From Tatlockia sp. (lineage in GTDB: Bacteria > Pseudomonadota > Gammaproteobacteria > Legionellales > Legionellaceae), in the NCBI GenBank assembly GCA_013697955.1, contig JACCVV010000064.1, positions 3,076 to 67,075 of the forward strand: a DNA stretch of 64,000 bases, in the 5' to 3' direction. Position numbers and translations under genes: made by a program. Positions 47,473 through 59,000 of the stretch are shown here, one piece after another; position 1 is the stretch's first letter; every line of letters begins with the position of its first letter. A model generated the notes under the pieces. The model had not been told where the DNA came from and searched no databases. It saw nothing but the letters and a program-made list of their open reading frames with translations.

Positions 47473-48440
47473 CTTTGTAATCTCACATTGTAAAGTTCAT
47501 TTAACTTGCCTACATTCCCACCGTGCATAGACATTGCAGGTAATATTACTGACTCTGTTTCTACATTTTTTAATAAATATTGAAGAAAATTAGCCAACAT
47601 GCCATTTGGACTTAAATCCAGATATAAACAAGGCCCTTGTCTTTCTAATAATTGAATTGTCTCTTCGAAACGAACTGGTAGAGAGGCCACGTTCCAAAAA
47701 AAATCGGGATCGACCCTTGATACTTCGTTCACATAAGTTGATGAGATAATTGAACAACCCGGAGTAAAAAAACGAACAGAATCCATAAAGCCCTGATAAT
47801 TTTCTTTGATATCAGCTATCAGAGGTGAGTGAAAAGGGTAATGTATCGGAAGAATTTGCGATGTGATGGATAAGGGTATCAATTGAGATCGCAAATTATT
47901 AATTGCTTCTATTGTGCCTGAAACCACAAAATGACCTGGGAAGTTTATAGTGGCCAGAAAGCAATCTTCGAATAATTGAGGATAGTCATCCATCATCGCT
48001 ACTGAAGAAAGAATAACTAACATACCTCCGGTTTGACATTTTTGCTTAACAACTGACGCCTGAAAAGCCACTATAGTTGCTGCGTCTTCAACCGTCAGGG
48101 CGCCGGCTAAAGTAGAGGTAACCAACTCCCCTAAACTGTAGCCAAGTAAGCAGGCCGGATAAAGCCCTTTATCGATAAGGAGTGTAGCCAGACAATATTG
48201 CGTCAGGAAAATAGCGGGATGAGTATAACTAATATCTGAAAACTCAGCATAACAATCGATAGGAGAACGATAGAGAACAGCAGCTAAAGATTCGCCCATT
48301 ATTCGTTTAAAAATCTGATCATAGTAGTCGATTAATTGTTTAAATTTAGGCACATTTTGATAAAGTTCATGAAGCATGCCCGGGTATTGACAACCTTGTC
48401 CGCCTGCTAAAAAAACCAGCTTGTAATCGTTGATATTCAT
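47469..48440 (-). CDS. Free acyltransferase-like protein (FabD/PKS-AT fold) with atypical active-site motifs
   Basis: 323 aa. Motifs are FLAGGQGCQYPGM, GYSLGE (instead of GHSxGE) and YPFHS. Gln127 occupies the position 25 residues after the nucleophile Ser, where FabD and the PKS-A AT have Arg. ATGA overlaps at both ends. Confidence 0.85.
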   Translation of the reverse strand: MNINDYKLVFLAGGQGCQYPGMLHELYQNVPKFKQLIDYYDQIFKRIMGESLAAVLYRSPIDCYAEFSDISYTHPAIFLTQYCLATLLIDKGLYPACLLGYSLGELVTSTLAGALTVEDAATIVAFQASVVKQKCQTGGMLVILSSVAMMDDYPQLFEDCFLATINFPGHFVVSGTIEAINNLRSQLIPLSITSQILPIHYPFHSPLIADIKENYQGFMDSVRFFTPGCSIISSTYVNEVSRVDPDFFWNVASLPVRFEETIQLLERQGPCLYLDLSPNGMLANFLQYLLKNVETESVILPAMSMHGGNVGKLNELYNVRLQS

Positions 48441-51400
48441 ATTGTTTCTAATTCATCCATTGATAATTTTATCTGCTCGATAACCTGGCCAAAATCGCTA
48501 TCTAATAATAAAGAAAAATGATCGCTTTCTTGCTCAATAATTTCTATTTCTGGTAAGAATAATTCTTGCCAGCGCTTGCCATGATCTGACGCAGACAGCT
48601 GAATTTTTGGTAAATTCAAGGGATTGTCACTCCCTATCAAACCTTTATTTGCAGAAACCAATATTATTTTTACAGAAGGATTCAGATAAGGTTTGGCCTG
48701 ATAATTTTGTTCAGCTATAAGATGAGTATTGAGAATATATTCCATCTTGCTCAAGAGCGCTTCCAATTCATTATTTGATAAAGAAGTATATTGTAATAAG
48801 TGTTGAGTGACTATTTTTAGTGCTTTGTGCGGCGAAAATGTTAATAAATCATCTGAGGTTAAAAAGGATTCTCCATGCCAAAGCGTAGTTAATGCATTAG
48901 CTGTGATTAGCATGCGCAAGTTATAATTCGTTGCTTGATACGCTTCTTTTAGAATTTGAGATCCAGGGGCATAAGAATCCAGTAAAACAATATGTGAAAC
49001 CAGTTGCCCTTGTTCAAATAATTGTTGTGCGATTTCAAATGCGATGGTTCCACCAAATGAATATCCCCCCAAAATATAGGGTCCCTCAGGCTGAATATGG
49101 CGAATTTCCTCAATAAGCGTGTGAGCCATTTGCGGCACATTATTGATTGGTTCTTCATTTTTTTCCAAACCACGGGCTCTAAGACCATAGATAGGATAAT
49201 CCTCCCCAAAGCACTGAGCTAATCGATTCAGCCACGAGATGTTACCCGTAGAACCATGAATCCAAAAGCTTGCTTGTTGTAGCCCTGAGCGACGAAAAGG
49301 GACCAACAAGGATTGAGAAGCACTTTCAGTTGCCTGTGCTAAAGGAGCGCTTAGGGAGCGATTAAGAAGGAATCGGTCATGAAGAAACACAGCAAGTTCA
49401 TGTGCATTGGCATGTCTAAAAAAGAGTATGGGTTCCACACTAATTTGATAGTCAGTATCCAATTTTTTAGAGATAGTCGATGCATCAAGCGAATTTAATC
49501 CAAAGGCAAGAAAACTATCCGATAAATTAACTCGGTTTGTAGGTATGCGTAGAGTAGATTCAAAAACACGGCAAATAGCTTGTTGTAAATTCTCTATAGA
49601 CTTTATTATCAAACCGCCCTTTTCGGTTAAAGGTCTGAGGTACTTAGTCGAGGGTACTTCAGATTGTGATGTCGTAAGTAATTTATCAATTGCAAATAAT
49701 TTTTTCAGTTTTTCAAGATCGCCATAAAGCACTCCAACTGCGTGATATCCGGTAGAGAGTAAGCGTTGGAGTTGCTTAAAAGCCAGATTACCCTCTAGGA
49801 AATCAAATCCTAATTCACTAAGCTGAGCAGCTTTTGCTGGGGAGAGGTGATTGTCTTCAAACCACTGCGACCATAAAATACTATAACACTTACCTGATCG
49901 TTGCCCTTTTGAACTGAATTCATTTCGCCAATTGGCAAAACTATTTTGAAACGCGCAAGAAAATGCATAATCTGCACCTCCGCCTAATCCTGTGATCGAT
50001 GCAATCGAGGAGAATAGTAGAAAGAAATCTAGAGAGTCACTTTTTGTTAATTGATCTAAATGCCAGGTTCCCAATAATTTTGGTTCTATAACCCGGGAAA
50101 GAGACTGTATTGATTTTGTTTGGAGTAGGCCGTCTTCTACAACAGTAGCCATCTGAATAATGCCATGAACAGTCTTGATAGTCTTACGCATATCCGCCCA
50201 TTTTCTTGCCAGACTTCCATAGTGATTAATATCAGCGGAAATATAATGGATGCCTTTGCAATCTATACCAATGATTTCTGCCAACTCAGACTTAGATAAT
50301 TGACGTCGACCTATTAAAATAATAGTTGCATCGTAATCCTGAATTAAAATGCGAATTAATTGTTGACCTACTGAGCCTAATCCACCAGCTAACACATAGG
50401 TCCCTTTTTTTCTAAAACCAGGCGCTTGGGTTTCTTCTTTCCCCATTCCTGACTTAAGGGAATAAACCCCTTTAATCCTACGTTGGTTATTTTTATAAAG
50501 GACCTCACAATTTTCAAAGACATTGTCACGGCAGGTTGTTTCCTGTCTAATTATTCTGGCAACTTGCTCTACTGTTTCTCCCCCAGGACTAATACACAAG
50601 CTGCGACCAATAAATTGAGGATTTTCTTGCATATAGGATTTTAAGAATGCTCCTATCGCATGGTGATGCGCAGTGGATAAGCAATTGGCTTTTGGAGCAG
50701 AGGAAAACACATAAAATAGCATCAAAGATTCACCAGCTAATGCAGTAGCTTTTTGCAATAGCAATGTTAATGAATAAAGTCCTCGATTGAGCAACTGTTG
50801 CCAATCATCCTTGCACTTTAACTCTTTGCCTTCCTGAGGATTTAAGTAATGCAACAAATGAATAATCATTCTGATGGGTTGATTATAGGATGCCAACTGA
50901 CTCATTAAATCATCATAGTGATTCTCTTGTGCATCATTAAGCTCAATGAAATGTTCTGTCCGAATAGCAAATTGTTGTCCTGGGGTGATACAAACAAACT
51001 TACAGAGATTAAACGGGGTAGTCTGCTTAAGCTTGTCGATAAAACTTGTTGTATAAGCATCATCTTGTCCAATAATTAGGACTAAACCTGGCAAAATCCC
51101 AGCTTCCTGTGAAAAATCTTCTCTTGAATCGACCCAGTCATTATAAATTAATAAAGGTTCACCTGAAGGTTTGGCTTCTATTTGTGACGAATCAGAAGTA
51201 GTACTAATCCAATAGCGTTCCCTCGCAAAAGCGTAGGTTGGTAATGAAATAAAGCTCCCCGAATTGTCCCACTTGACTTTGCTACCTCTGGTCCATAGAT
51301 AGGCTATAAAATTATCGGGAACAGGAAGATCAGGAGCAGAATTAGGATCATAAAAAAAGCAACCCTCATTAAGATCTTCAACCGGGTTTTCGCAAAATTG

Positions 51401-53071
51401 CAACAACTTGGTGACTAATTCCTGTTTATCACTCACAACCAGTGCTAATCGTACATCCATTTCTTCGCGACCCTGTTGTAAAGTATAAGCAATATCATTC
51501 AAATTCAGTTCTTCAGCCGAATTTCCCTTTATAAAAACAGCTAATCGACGCGCATTTTCTTGTAATTGGGACAGGGTTTTTGCAGACAAAGGGATAGTCA
51601 AGGGTGCAACCCTTAAGGTATACGAATCAGGAATTTTATTTTTTGATAGATATTCTTCAATAATAATGAACGCATTGGAGCCGCCTGCGCCAAAGCCACT
51701 TAGACCCGCTCTTAATGGTTCAACCTCATTGCCTAACCTTAAAGGCTTCCAATCGGCAAAAGTTTGTTGAACTGTGAAGGGTAAATTAGTGAAGTCAAGA
51801 TCAGGATTTAAAGTATTTGAGTGTAAAGAGGGCACCAATTTTCGATGCTTGAGTTGTAATAACACTTTAGCCATAGCAGCAGTTCCTGCCGCAGCCTCGA
51901 GATGACCAATATTTGACTTCACGGAACCGAGAGAACAATGGTAATTAATAGCACCCATATCTGAGGCTTTAAAAACCTTCGCTAAACCTGCTAATTCAAT
52001 AGCATCACCTAATGGAGTGCCTGAGCCATGGGCTTCAATATAAGAGATGGATGACAAAGGTACTTTAGACTTTTTAAGAACAGAAGAGATTAAAGCCGCC
52101 TGAGCATCCGGGTTTGGCACTGTAAAGGCTTGAGCACGTCCGCCATGATTGAGGCCTGTTCCTTTGATAATACCATGAATTTGGTTACCGTCTTCTTTAG
52201 CTGCTTGTAATGATTTCAAGATGAAGACACCAACTCCTTCACCTGGCACATAGCCATCTCCGCCCTTGCCAAAACTACGGCAGCGACCATCGCTAGAAGC
52301 AAAATGAAATTGGCTAAGGGTAAGATATTTGTGGACATCCAAGGCTAAATTAACCCCTCCCACTACTGCAATTTCTGAGGAGCCCGATCGTATACTCTCA
52401 CAGGCTAAATGAAAGGCCGTTAACGTAGAAGAACACATAGTATCTAAAGCAAGTGAAGGCCCTGAAAAACCAAAAAACCAAGAAACCCGATTAGCAATAG
52501 AGGCAAAGGATGGATCGGGTAAAATAATTCTGTCCGCCGTGTTTTGCTGATATTCCAACAGATGATATTCACTCGACATAACACCAACAAATACGCCAGC
52601 TGGAATGCCAACACTATTTTGATATCTTTCGATAAGCTGGGAACGTGTGATCCCTGCATCTTCGAAGGCTTCCCATACAACCTCTAAAAACAAACGTTCT
52701 TGAGGATCCATGAAAAGCGCATTTCCAGGGGAAATATTAAAAAAAATGGGGTCAAATTGGTCAACTTCCGCTAAAAATCCGCCCCATTTTGCATAAGTTT
52801 TTCCAAGGGTATCTTGTTTTTTATCAAAATATTGCCTTAGATCCCAGCGCTCTTTGGGAATCTCAGTGATGCAATCCTTCGCGTTCTTTAAATTTTGCCA
52901 AAATTCCTCAAGATTTTCCGCCATGGGATATCGCCCCGCCATCCCAACTATTGCAATTTCTTCAACCTGACTTTCCTGTTTTACTTTTTGAGTCAAAAGA
53001 TCTAAAAGAAGTAACTTCTTTTCATGCAGACTCATTTTACTCAGATTCATTTTAAAACCCTTATCTGGCAC
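48437..53071 (-). CDS. Trans-AT type I polyketide synthase PKS-B, terminal module: KS-KR-ACP-TE
   Basis: 1544 aa. The apparent GTG start overlaps the PKS-A stop by 1 nt; an alternative ATG lies at codon 8. Motifs are listed in the sub-features. Confidence 0.95.
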   Translation of the reverse strand: MPDKGFKMNLSKMSLHEKKLLLLDLLTQKVKQESQVEEIAIVGMAGRYPMAENLEEFWQNLKNAKDCITEIPKERWDLRQYFDKKQDTLGKTYAKWGGFLAEVDQFDPIFFNISPGNALFMDPQERLFLEVVWEAFEDAGITRSQLIERYQNSVGIPAGVFVGVMSSEYHLLEYQQNTADRIILPDPSFASIANRVSWFFGFSGPSLALDTMCSSTLTAFHLACESIRSGSSEIAVVGGVNLALDVHKYLTLSQFHFASSDGRCRSFGKGGDGYVPGEGVGVFILKSLQAAKEDGNQIHGIIKGTGLNHGGRAQAFTVPNPDAQAALISSVLKKSKVPLSSISYIEAHGSGTPLGDAIELAGLAKVFKASDMGAINYHCSLGSVKSNIGHLEAAAGTAAMAKVLLQLKHRKLVPSLHSNTLNPDLDFTNLPFTVQQTFADWKPLRLGNEVEPLRAGLSGFGAGGSNAFIIIEEYLSKNKIPDSYTLRVAPLTIPLSAKTLSQLQENARRLAVFIKGNSAEELNLNDIAYTLQQGREEMDVRLALVVSDKQELVTKLLQFCENPVEDLNEGCFFYDPNSAPDLPVPDNFIAYLWTRGSKVKWDNSGSFISLPTYAFARERYWISTTSDSSQIEAKPSGEPLLIYNDWVDSREDFSQEAGILPGLVLIIGQDDAYTTSFIDKLKQTTPFNLCKFVCITPGQQFAIRTEHFIELNDAQENHYDDLMSQLASYNQPIRMIIHLLHYLNPQEGKELKCKDDWQQLLNRGLYSLTLLLQKATALAGESLMLFYVFSSAPKANCLSTAHHHAIGAFLKSYMQENPQFIGRSLCISPGGETVEQVARIIRQETTCRDNVFENCEVLYKNNQRRIKGVYSLKSGMGKEETQAPGFRKKGTYVLAGGLGSVGQQLIRILIQDYDATIILIGRRQLSKSELAEIIGIDCKGIHYISADINHYGSLARKWADMRKTIKTVHGIIQMATVVEDGLLQTKSIQSLSRVIEPKLLGTWHLDQLTKSDSLDFFLLFSSIASITGLGGGADYAFSCAFQNSFANWRNEFSSKGQRSGKCYSILWSQWFEDNHLSPAKAAQLSELGFDFLEGNLAFKQLQRLLSTGYHAVGVLYGDLEKLKKLFAIDKLLTTSQSEVPSTKYLRPLTEKGGLIIKSIENLQQAICRVFESTLRIPTNRVNLSDSFLAFGLNSLDASTISKKLDTDYQISVEPILFFRHANAHELAVFLHDRFLLNRSLSAPLAQATESASQSLLVPFRRSGLQQASFWIHGSTGNISWLNRLAQCFGEDYPIYGLRARGLEKNEEPINNVPQMAHTLIEEIRHIQPEGPYILGGYSFGGTIAFEIAQQLFEQGQLVSHIVLLDSYAPGSQILKEAYQATNYNLRMLITANALTTLWHGESFLTSDDLLTFSPHKALKIVTQHLLQYTSLSNNELEALLSKMEYILNTHLIAEQNYQAKPYLNPSVKIILVSANKGLIGSDNPLNLPKIQLSASDHGKRWQELFLPEIEIIEQESDHFSLLLDSDFGQVIEQIKLSMDELETI
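48452..49288 (-). other. PKS-B thioesterase domain
   Basis: aa ~1262-1540; GGYSFGG (Ser1338), LLDSY, ESDHFSLL (His1518). Confidence 0.85.
49367..49609 (-). other. PKS-B ACP
   Basis: aa ~1155-1235; FGLNSL with Ser1194. Confidence 0.8.
49847..50419 (-). other. PKS-B KR (B-type VED motif)
   Basis: aa ~885-1075; AGGLGSVG, VVEDG, GGADYAFSC (Tyr1035 present; the usual Asn is Cys). Confidence 0.75.
51677..52963 (-). other. PKS-B KS
   Basis: aa ~37-465; DTMCSST (C213), EAHGSGT (H348), NIGHLE (H400). Confidence 0.9.
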
Positions 53072-56000
53072 TAATCGGATAGCATCTCAATCAACCCATC
53101 AATCATCTCTTCTGATAAACTTTCGATTTGCTGACTAACTGGTAATTTTTTTACTAAATCAGATTCTTTTATTGTCATATCAACTGGTTGATTAAATTGA
53201 TTAACCGCTGGCGCATGGTTTTGCTGGAGGTAATTAGCTACTTTCCCAAGAGTATTGTGTTCGAATAATAGTGTTTTTGGTAAAGGACCCCAATTTTTTT
53301 GCAATTTTTCAACGAAGGAGAGGGCCAATACTGAATCTAGTCCAAATTTTTCCATAGGATCTGATAAGGATATTCTGTCTGCCGAAAGTTTAATCAAATC
53401 AGCTAAGGTAGATACTAAATAATTTTCCAGAACTTCTTCATGCTTATTTAACAAAATACCCTCTTCATTCTTCTCAGAATTCACCAATGAAGGCGCGGAA
53501 TAGATTTTTGTTTCATTCCCCATTAACCAGTTGCCCATGGGTTGTAAATCATTTGTGTAAACCACTACCGCCTGGGAATAGGGCTGCATCATTAAGGTTA
53601 ACAATGCTTTAAGGCCCTGCTCATCAGGTAATATATCCAGCCCGGCTTGCTGCATGTCGACTTGCAACTGCTTACTAAGAAGCATTTGACCCTCTTGCCA
53701 ATAAGGCCAATTAATCGCAATAGTATGGCCCTTTCTTTTTTTAGCCTGAACAAGTTCTGTTCTAATCCCTGCAAACTCATCAAGAAAACCATTTGCTGCT
53801 GCATAATCACACTGTCCCGGTATAGCTGCGATGGATGCCAGTGAGGAAAATAAAATAAAAAAATCAAGTGGCTCATCAGCCGTGGCCCGATCGATGTTTA
53901 GCGTACCCTTTATTTTAGGTGCCAAAACAGAATGAAAATCCTTTTGCGATTTATAGAGAAAGAAATTGTCAGCTAGTACTCCAGCCAGTTGGATAACTCC
54001 ATTTAAGGGTCCAAATCGTTTTTTAATTTCTATTATTGTTTTATGAAGTACCACACAATCATTAATATCCACACTAATGTAGTAAACTCGACCGCCGCCT
54101 TGCTCAATAGACAGAATAGACTCATACAATGAATGATTCATGGGAGTCCGGCCTAATATGATCAGGGTCGCTTGATATTCTTTTGATAAATAAGCAGAAA
54201 TTTTCTGCCCTATGCCACCTAAACCACCGGCTAGTAAATAAATTCCTTTTTTACGAAATGAGATGCTGTGTAATTGTTCTGTCGGCTGTTCAATAAGCCT
54301 ATATTGGCGTTGAAGTCGCTCGTTGCTTTCTGAATAATAAACTGCACCAGGCGGAGACTCTATAGCCATTTCTTTTTCTACTGTTCTTAGCAAGTCCCTG
54401 GATTGCTCGAGAAGAGTTGATGAAATCATAATCAACTTGCTTTTTAATTCAGGATGTTCAACAGTTAATACTTTTAGAAAACTGTTGGTTGATGAAGCGA
54501 TTAGCCTTCCCACATAGCTGTTATAAGGAGCTATAATCGCCAATTTGCAGCTCGCACGCCAAGTTGTTTTTAAAAAACTTTTTACTAATAAAAAAAGCTT
54601 TTCCATCTCAGCCATAATAGGTGAAGAGGCCTGCTCACTAAAAAATAGTTCCTGTTGTTGAAAGTCTCTGGACAATTGCCAATTATAGATAAGTGACTTA
54701 AGCGTCACCTTTTCCTTGAGCAAAGCATCGAACAATAAATCATAATCAGACTGGCACAACGGATTAATTGTAAATTGGCGGGGCCCAAATTGTGAGAATT
54801 TTTCGCCGGGTTCAACCACAATACCCTGTTGATAAGCGGGTTCTAGGTGATTAACAAAAAAGAGAGTGGCCTCATAATCAAGGCTTGTCATCTTCTGCTT
54901 ATTTTCAACTTCTGCTGAGTCCCACTGTGGCACAAAATAATATAGATGAGGGTTTTGAGTTACCGGGAAATGAAGAGCCTTTGCTATACCTTTGAAACTA
55001 ACACCATATAAAGAGGCATATAGATCGCCATTTTGGCCTAATATAAATAAATTCAATGTTATGAATTGGGTAGCTGCTGACTCTTTCTCGATTCTTCCAT
55101 AAATCTTATGTTCATCATCGAGCTTTTTATGCACAACCAGTTTTTCAATAGAAAATGGTAAATAATGGGTATCCTTAGTCTCACTTAGCAAGCAAGCAAC
55201 CAATTGAAATGCTCCTTCAATTAATTGACAGGGTAAGGTCGTATTTAATGAAAAAGGTAATCGGTTTATTTTAATATCAGAAATTATTTCATTGCGATTA
55301 TAGGAAATATTATCTAATACCTGAAACATCTTTCCCAATACTACTTTGTGCTGCTTTAACTGTTGATAAAATAGCTTCTGCGATAATTTTTTGTCACAGC
55401 GTTCTGAAATGGCCTGCACCGATTCTGTTAAATAATTAGCTGGGACGTTTTTTTGTTTGATAAAAACTGCCCGCGCATGCTGCTCAGCTTGTTGTGAGAA
55501 AAGTGTTATGACTATTGATTCTTGCTGTTGTGCCCGAGTCATTTGCAGGCGGCATGGCTCGGTATCGACTAAAAAGCTGCTTGCCAAGACAAACTCACTT
55601 AACTGCCAATGCTCTGCTTGCATTCCGCTAAAAGCGATTTGATAACTCATATCCAGTAAATAACTTCCAGGCAGTAATTTTTGATCATTAATGCTGTGCC
55701 CTAGCAAGATTGGATCATCAGGCTGATAATTTTTCCAAAAGGTTTCCAGACTATTTTCTATATTCTTCTGATCATAGAATTGAACTTGCTGCTGCTCTAC
55801 TTTATTGACCTGACCTGTATTTGCAGCCCTGTGCCAATGAGTCTCCTTAGCAAAAGAATAATGAGGAAGCGGTATGATTTTACCGCCTTGTCGGGAAAAT
55901 AATTCTTTAAAAGAGATATCCTTCCCGAGAAGATAATCATTGAGTATCTCTCTTGCTGCTGGTGAACCCGATGTTAACGCCGGTTGGGGGAGATCTCCGT

Positions 56001-59000
56001 TTTTAATAAAGTAATCAAGCTTTACCACTACATCAGAGACAGATAAAGCATAAAATCCAAGGCGCTTGTTAAAATGATTTTTACCAACTGCCAGTGTATA
56101 AGCAAGATCCGGCAGAGAGAGGCTTCTCAATTTTGACTGACAAAAATCCAGTATTTTTTTGCAATAATTAGACAAAGCAACTGTGGTTTTTGCAGATATT
56201 ACTATCAAGTACTCTTCTTGGTGAGGATAAACTGGCTGCTCAATGATAGGTGGCTCTTCCAATACAACATGAACATTTGTCCCACTTGCACCAAAAGAAT
56301 TGATAGCAGCACGGCGGGGACTGGGGCCAGCCTGTTTCCATTCCGTCGTGGCTGTTTCTACGTAAAATGGAGTCTGCTGTAAATTTAAATACTGATTTTC
56401 TTGTTGATAATGCAATGAGGCAAATAATTTTTTTTCTTTGAATGCGCATAGTATTTTAAGCAAACCACAAATACCTGATGCTGTCATTGTATGGCCGATA
56501 TTGGTTTTTACCGAACCAATTGCACAAACCTGGTTTTTGCTGACTGATTTTCTAAAGGTATTGGTTAAGGACTGTATTTCAATAGGATCACCTAATTTCG
56601 TCCCTGTACCATGGGCTTCGATATAGCTGATTGTTGCAGGATCAATAGCATATTGCTCATATACTTTTCTTTGAACTGCTGTTTGTGCAGCAGTCATAGG
56701 TGCTGCTATGCCATTGCTTTTCCCATCATGATTGATTGCACTGCCAAGCACGACTCCATAAATATGATTTTTATCACGTATGGCATCTTGTAAGGGTTTT
56801 AATACTACGCAACCTACAGCTTCACCCATGGCAATACCATCAGCATTATTGTCAAATGCTTTGCACTGACTGGGGGATAGCATTTTTGCCGCATCCAAAA
56901 CCAAATGTGATTTTGGTCCATAGAGTAGATAGATTCCTGCAGCGATTGCAGATTGACATTCTTTGCGCAAAATACTCTGACATGCCAGATGAAATGCTGT
57001 TAAGGAGGAGGAACACTCTGTATCCACTACCAGACTTGGTCCTCGCAAATTAAAACAATGCGAAATCCTGGCAGCTAACATCCCTGCCGCATTACCGGTT
57101 AAAAAGAAAGTCCCTGCCTCTTCCCTGTTAACCTGCAGAGGATCCAGATAATTACCGGCTTTAGCTCCAATGAAAACTCCAATTTCCTGAGTCTCAGATT
57201 GCGAGACTGTATACCCGGCATCTTCAAAAGCTTTCCAGGCCTCTTGCAACAAAAGTCTTTGTTGAGGATCCATATATTGAGCTTCAAGCGGCGACATATT
57301 AAAAAATTCAGCATCGAATTGGTCAATGTCATTGAGAAACCCACCCTCATAGGAGCGTTCTAGTTGCCAGTAATTCGGCCAGTCTTGTAGTGCTTGACGT
57401 TCAGGAGAAAGCGGTCTTATTGAGTCAACTTTGTTTAAAAGATTGTCACAAAATTTTTCTATATTTTCAGCGTCAGGAAATTGCCCGGAAATACCTACAA
57501 TTGCTATGTGATTAGACCTATCCACTCCGTTTTCTGGGTCTATACTCTGGTGACTTACAACAGATCTTTGCAATTGTTTGGGCACTGAAAAAATCGCTCG
57601 TATATCTTGTAAGCAAGTGTCCTCAGTTCCAACAATAACTTTTTTTTCCTGCCTAGGTTCGGGAGAAACAATAACCGGAATTTCTTTTTGAATCGTTTTT
57701 TTGCAAATAAATTCTGCTAAATCAGCTATTGTTTCGTATTCAAATAAATCCATTGGCTGTAGCTGAATCTTCAATTGAACATTAAGTTTATTGACCATCT
57801 CAATCAATGATATTGAATCAATCCCGAGTTCAGAAAATGCTTGAGCCTCATTAAGGTCTGAAATATCAACATATAATATAGATGCTACACAGGCGCTTAT
57901 AGTCCTTAACACCTCGGGTTTTGATAGGGATTCCGGAAAGAGTTTTTTGGAATCTACAGCATTTTTTTTCCCGACAATCACAGCTTGTGAGACACTATTT
58001 TCACTGTGGTCATAGGGGACGCCATGCAAGTTTGAAACCGTTAAATGGGCATCATCGAGTAATTTTTTCCAGTACAAACTATCAAATAAAGGAGAATGCT
58101 CGATTCTATCTTCTGGGTTGGTAAATTCCCACCAACCATCTAATAAACCAAAAGTCAAAGTCAAATAAAAACTGACAGCAGTAGCTTCATTGATAATAAG
58201 TTTAGAATTTGGCTCCAAAATATTATCAATAAATTTTAAGGTTTTTTTGATATCTTTTGCGACGTGTAAAACGTTGGTAGCCAAGATGGCATGAAAATAT
58301 TGTGGCAAAAAACCCTGCTCTTCAAAACAATTATTAATATCCAGTTTTTTAAACAGGATAAAAGGATATTGTTGAGTTAATCGTTGTCGACCATGATTTA
58401 AAAAGGCCTGTGAAACATCGGTGTAATAATATTCAACAAGACCTTTATGCATTGCTATTCGCGGCAATAGAGCGATTGAACTGGCCCCTGTTCCCGCACC
58501 CAATTCCAGGATACGGGTAACCACTCCTTTCTGGCTGTTTTCAAGCAGTATTTCATCTAATTCTTCAATCATCACTTGGTTTAGATAATGGGCAATCGGC
58601 GATTGTCCATATATTTTTTCCATAAAAGAAAAGGAATCGCCTTCAAAAAATAACTGGACGATTTCAATATCCCCTCTTAGTACCCCCAGGTATTGAGCAA
58701 ATATTTTTTGAATTAAAATGATGTGATTATCCAGATTTGGAAATTCTCTTTTAATTTTCCGAGTTAGATCGGTAATTAATTGGTCAAGCTCGTATGATGT
58801 TTGCTGAATAAATTTAGATGTTGGCTTAATTAGCGTCTCGTTAGAAAGCCATCCATTTTTAACCAGTAGAAAAATAACCGCAGAGAAATGTTTTTGGTAT
58901 TTATCCTTAATATTTAATTTTTCAGAGAGGACTTCAAGGCTATAGTTTTTATTAAAATCTTCCTCATCGAAGATATAGCGAATAAGCAATAGCTCTGCGA

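Noticed and set aside
32469-50419. KRs of PKS-B (GGADYAFSC) and PKS-D KR1 (GQSNYVAGC) have Cys where the YAAAN Asn normally sits, suggesting possible inactivity.
   Set aside because: The catalytic Tyr, the Rossmann motif and the LxD Asp are present. Asn replacement alone is not enough to call these KRs inactive, unlike the Tyr>His case in PKS-C.
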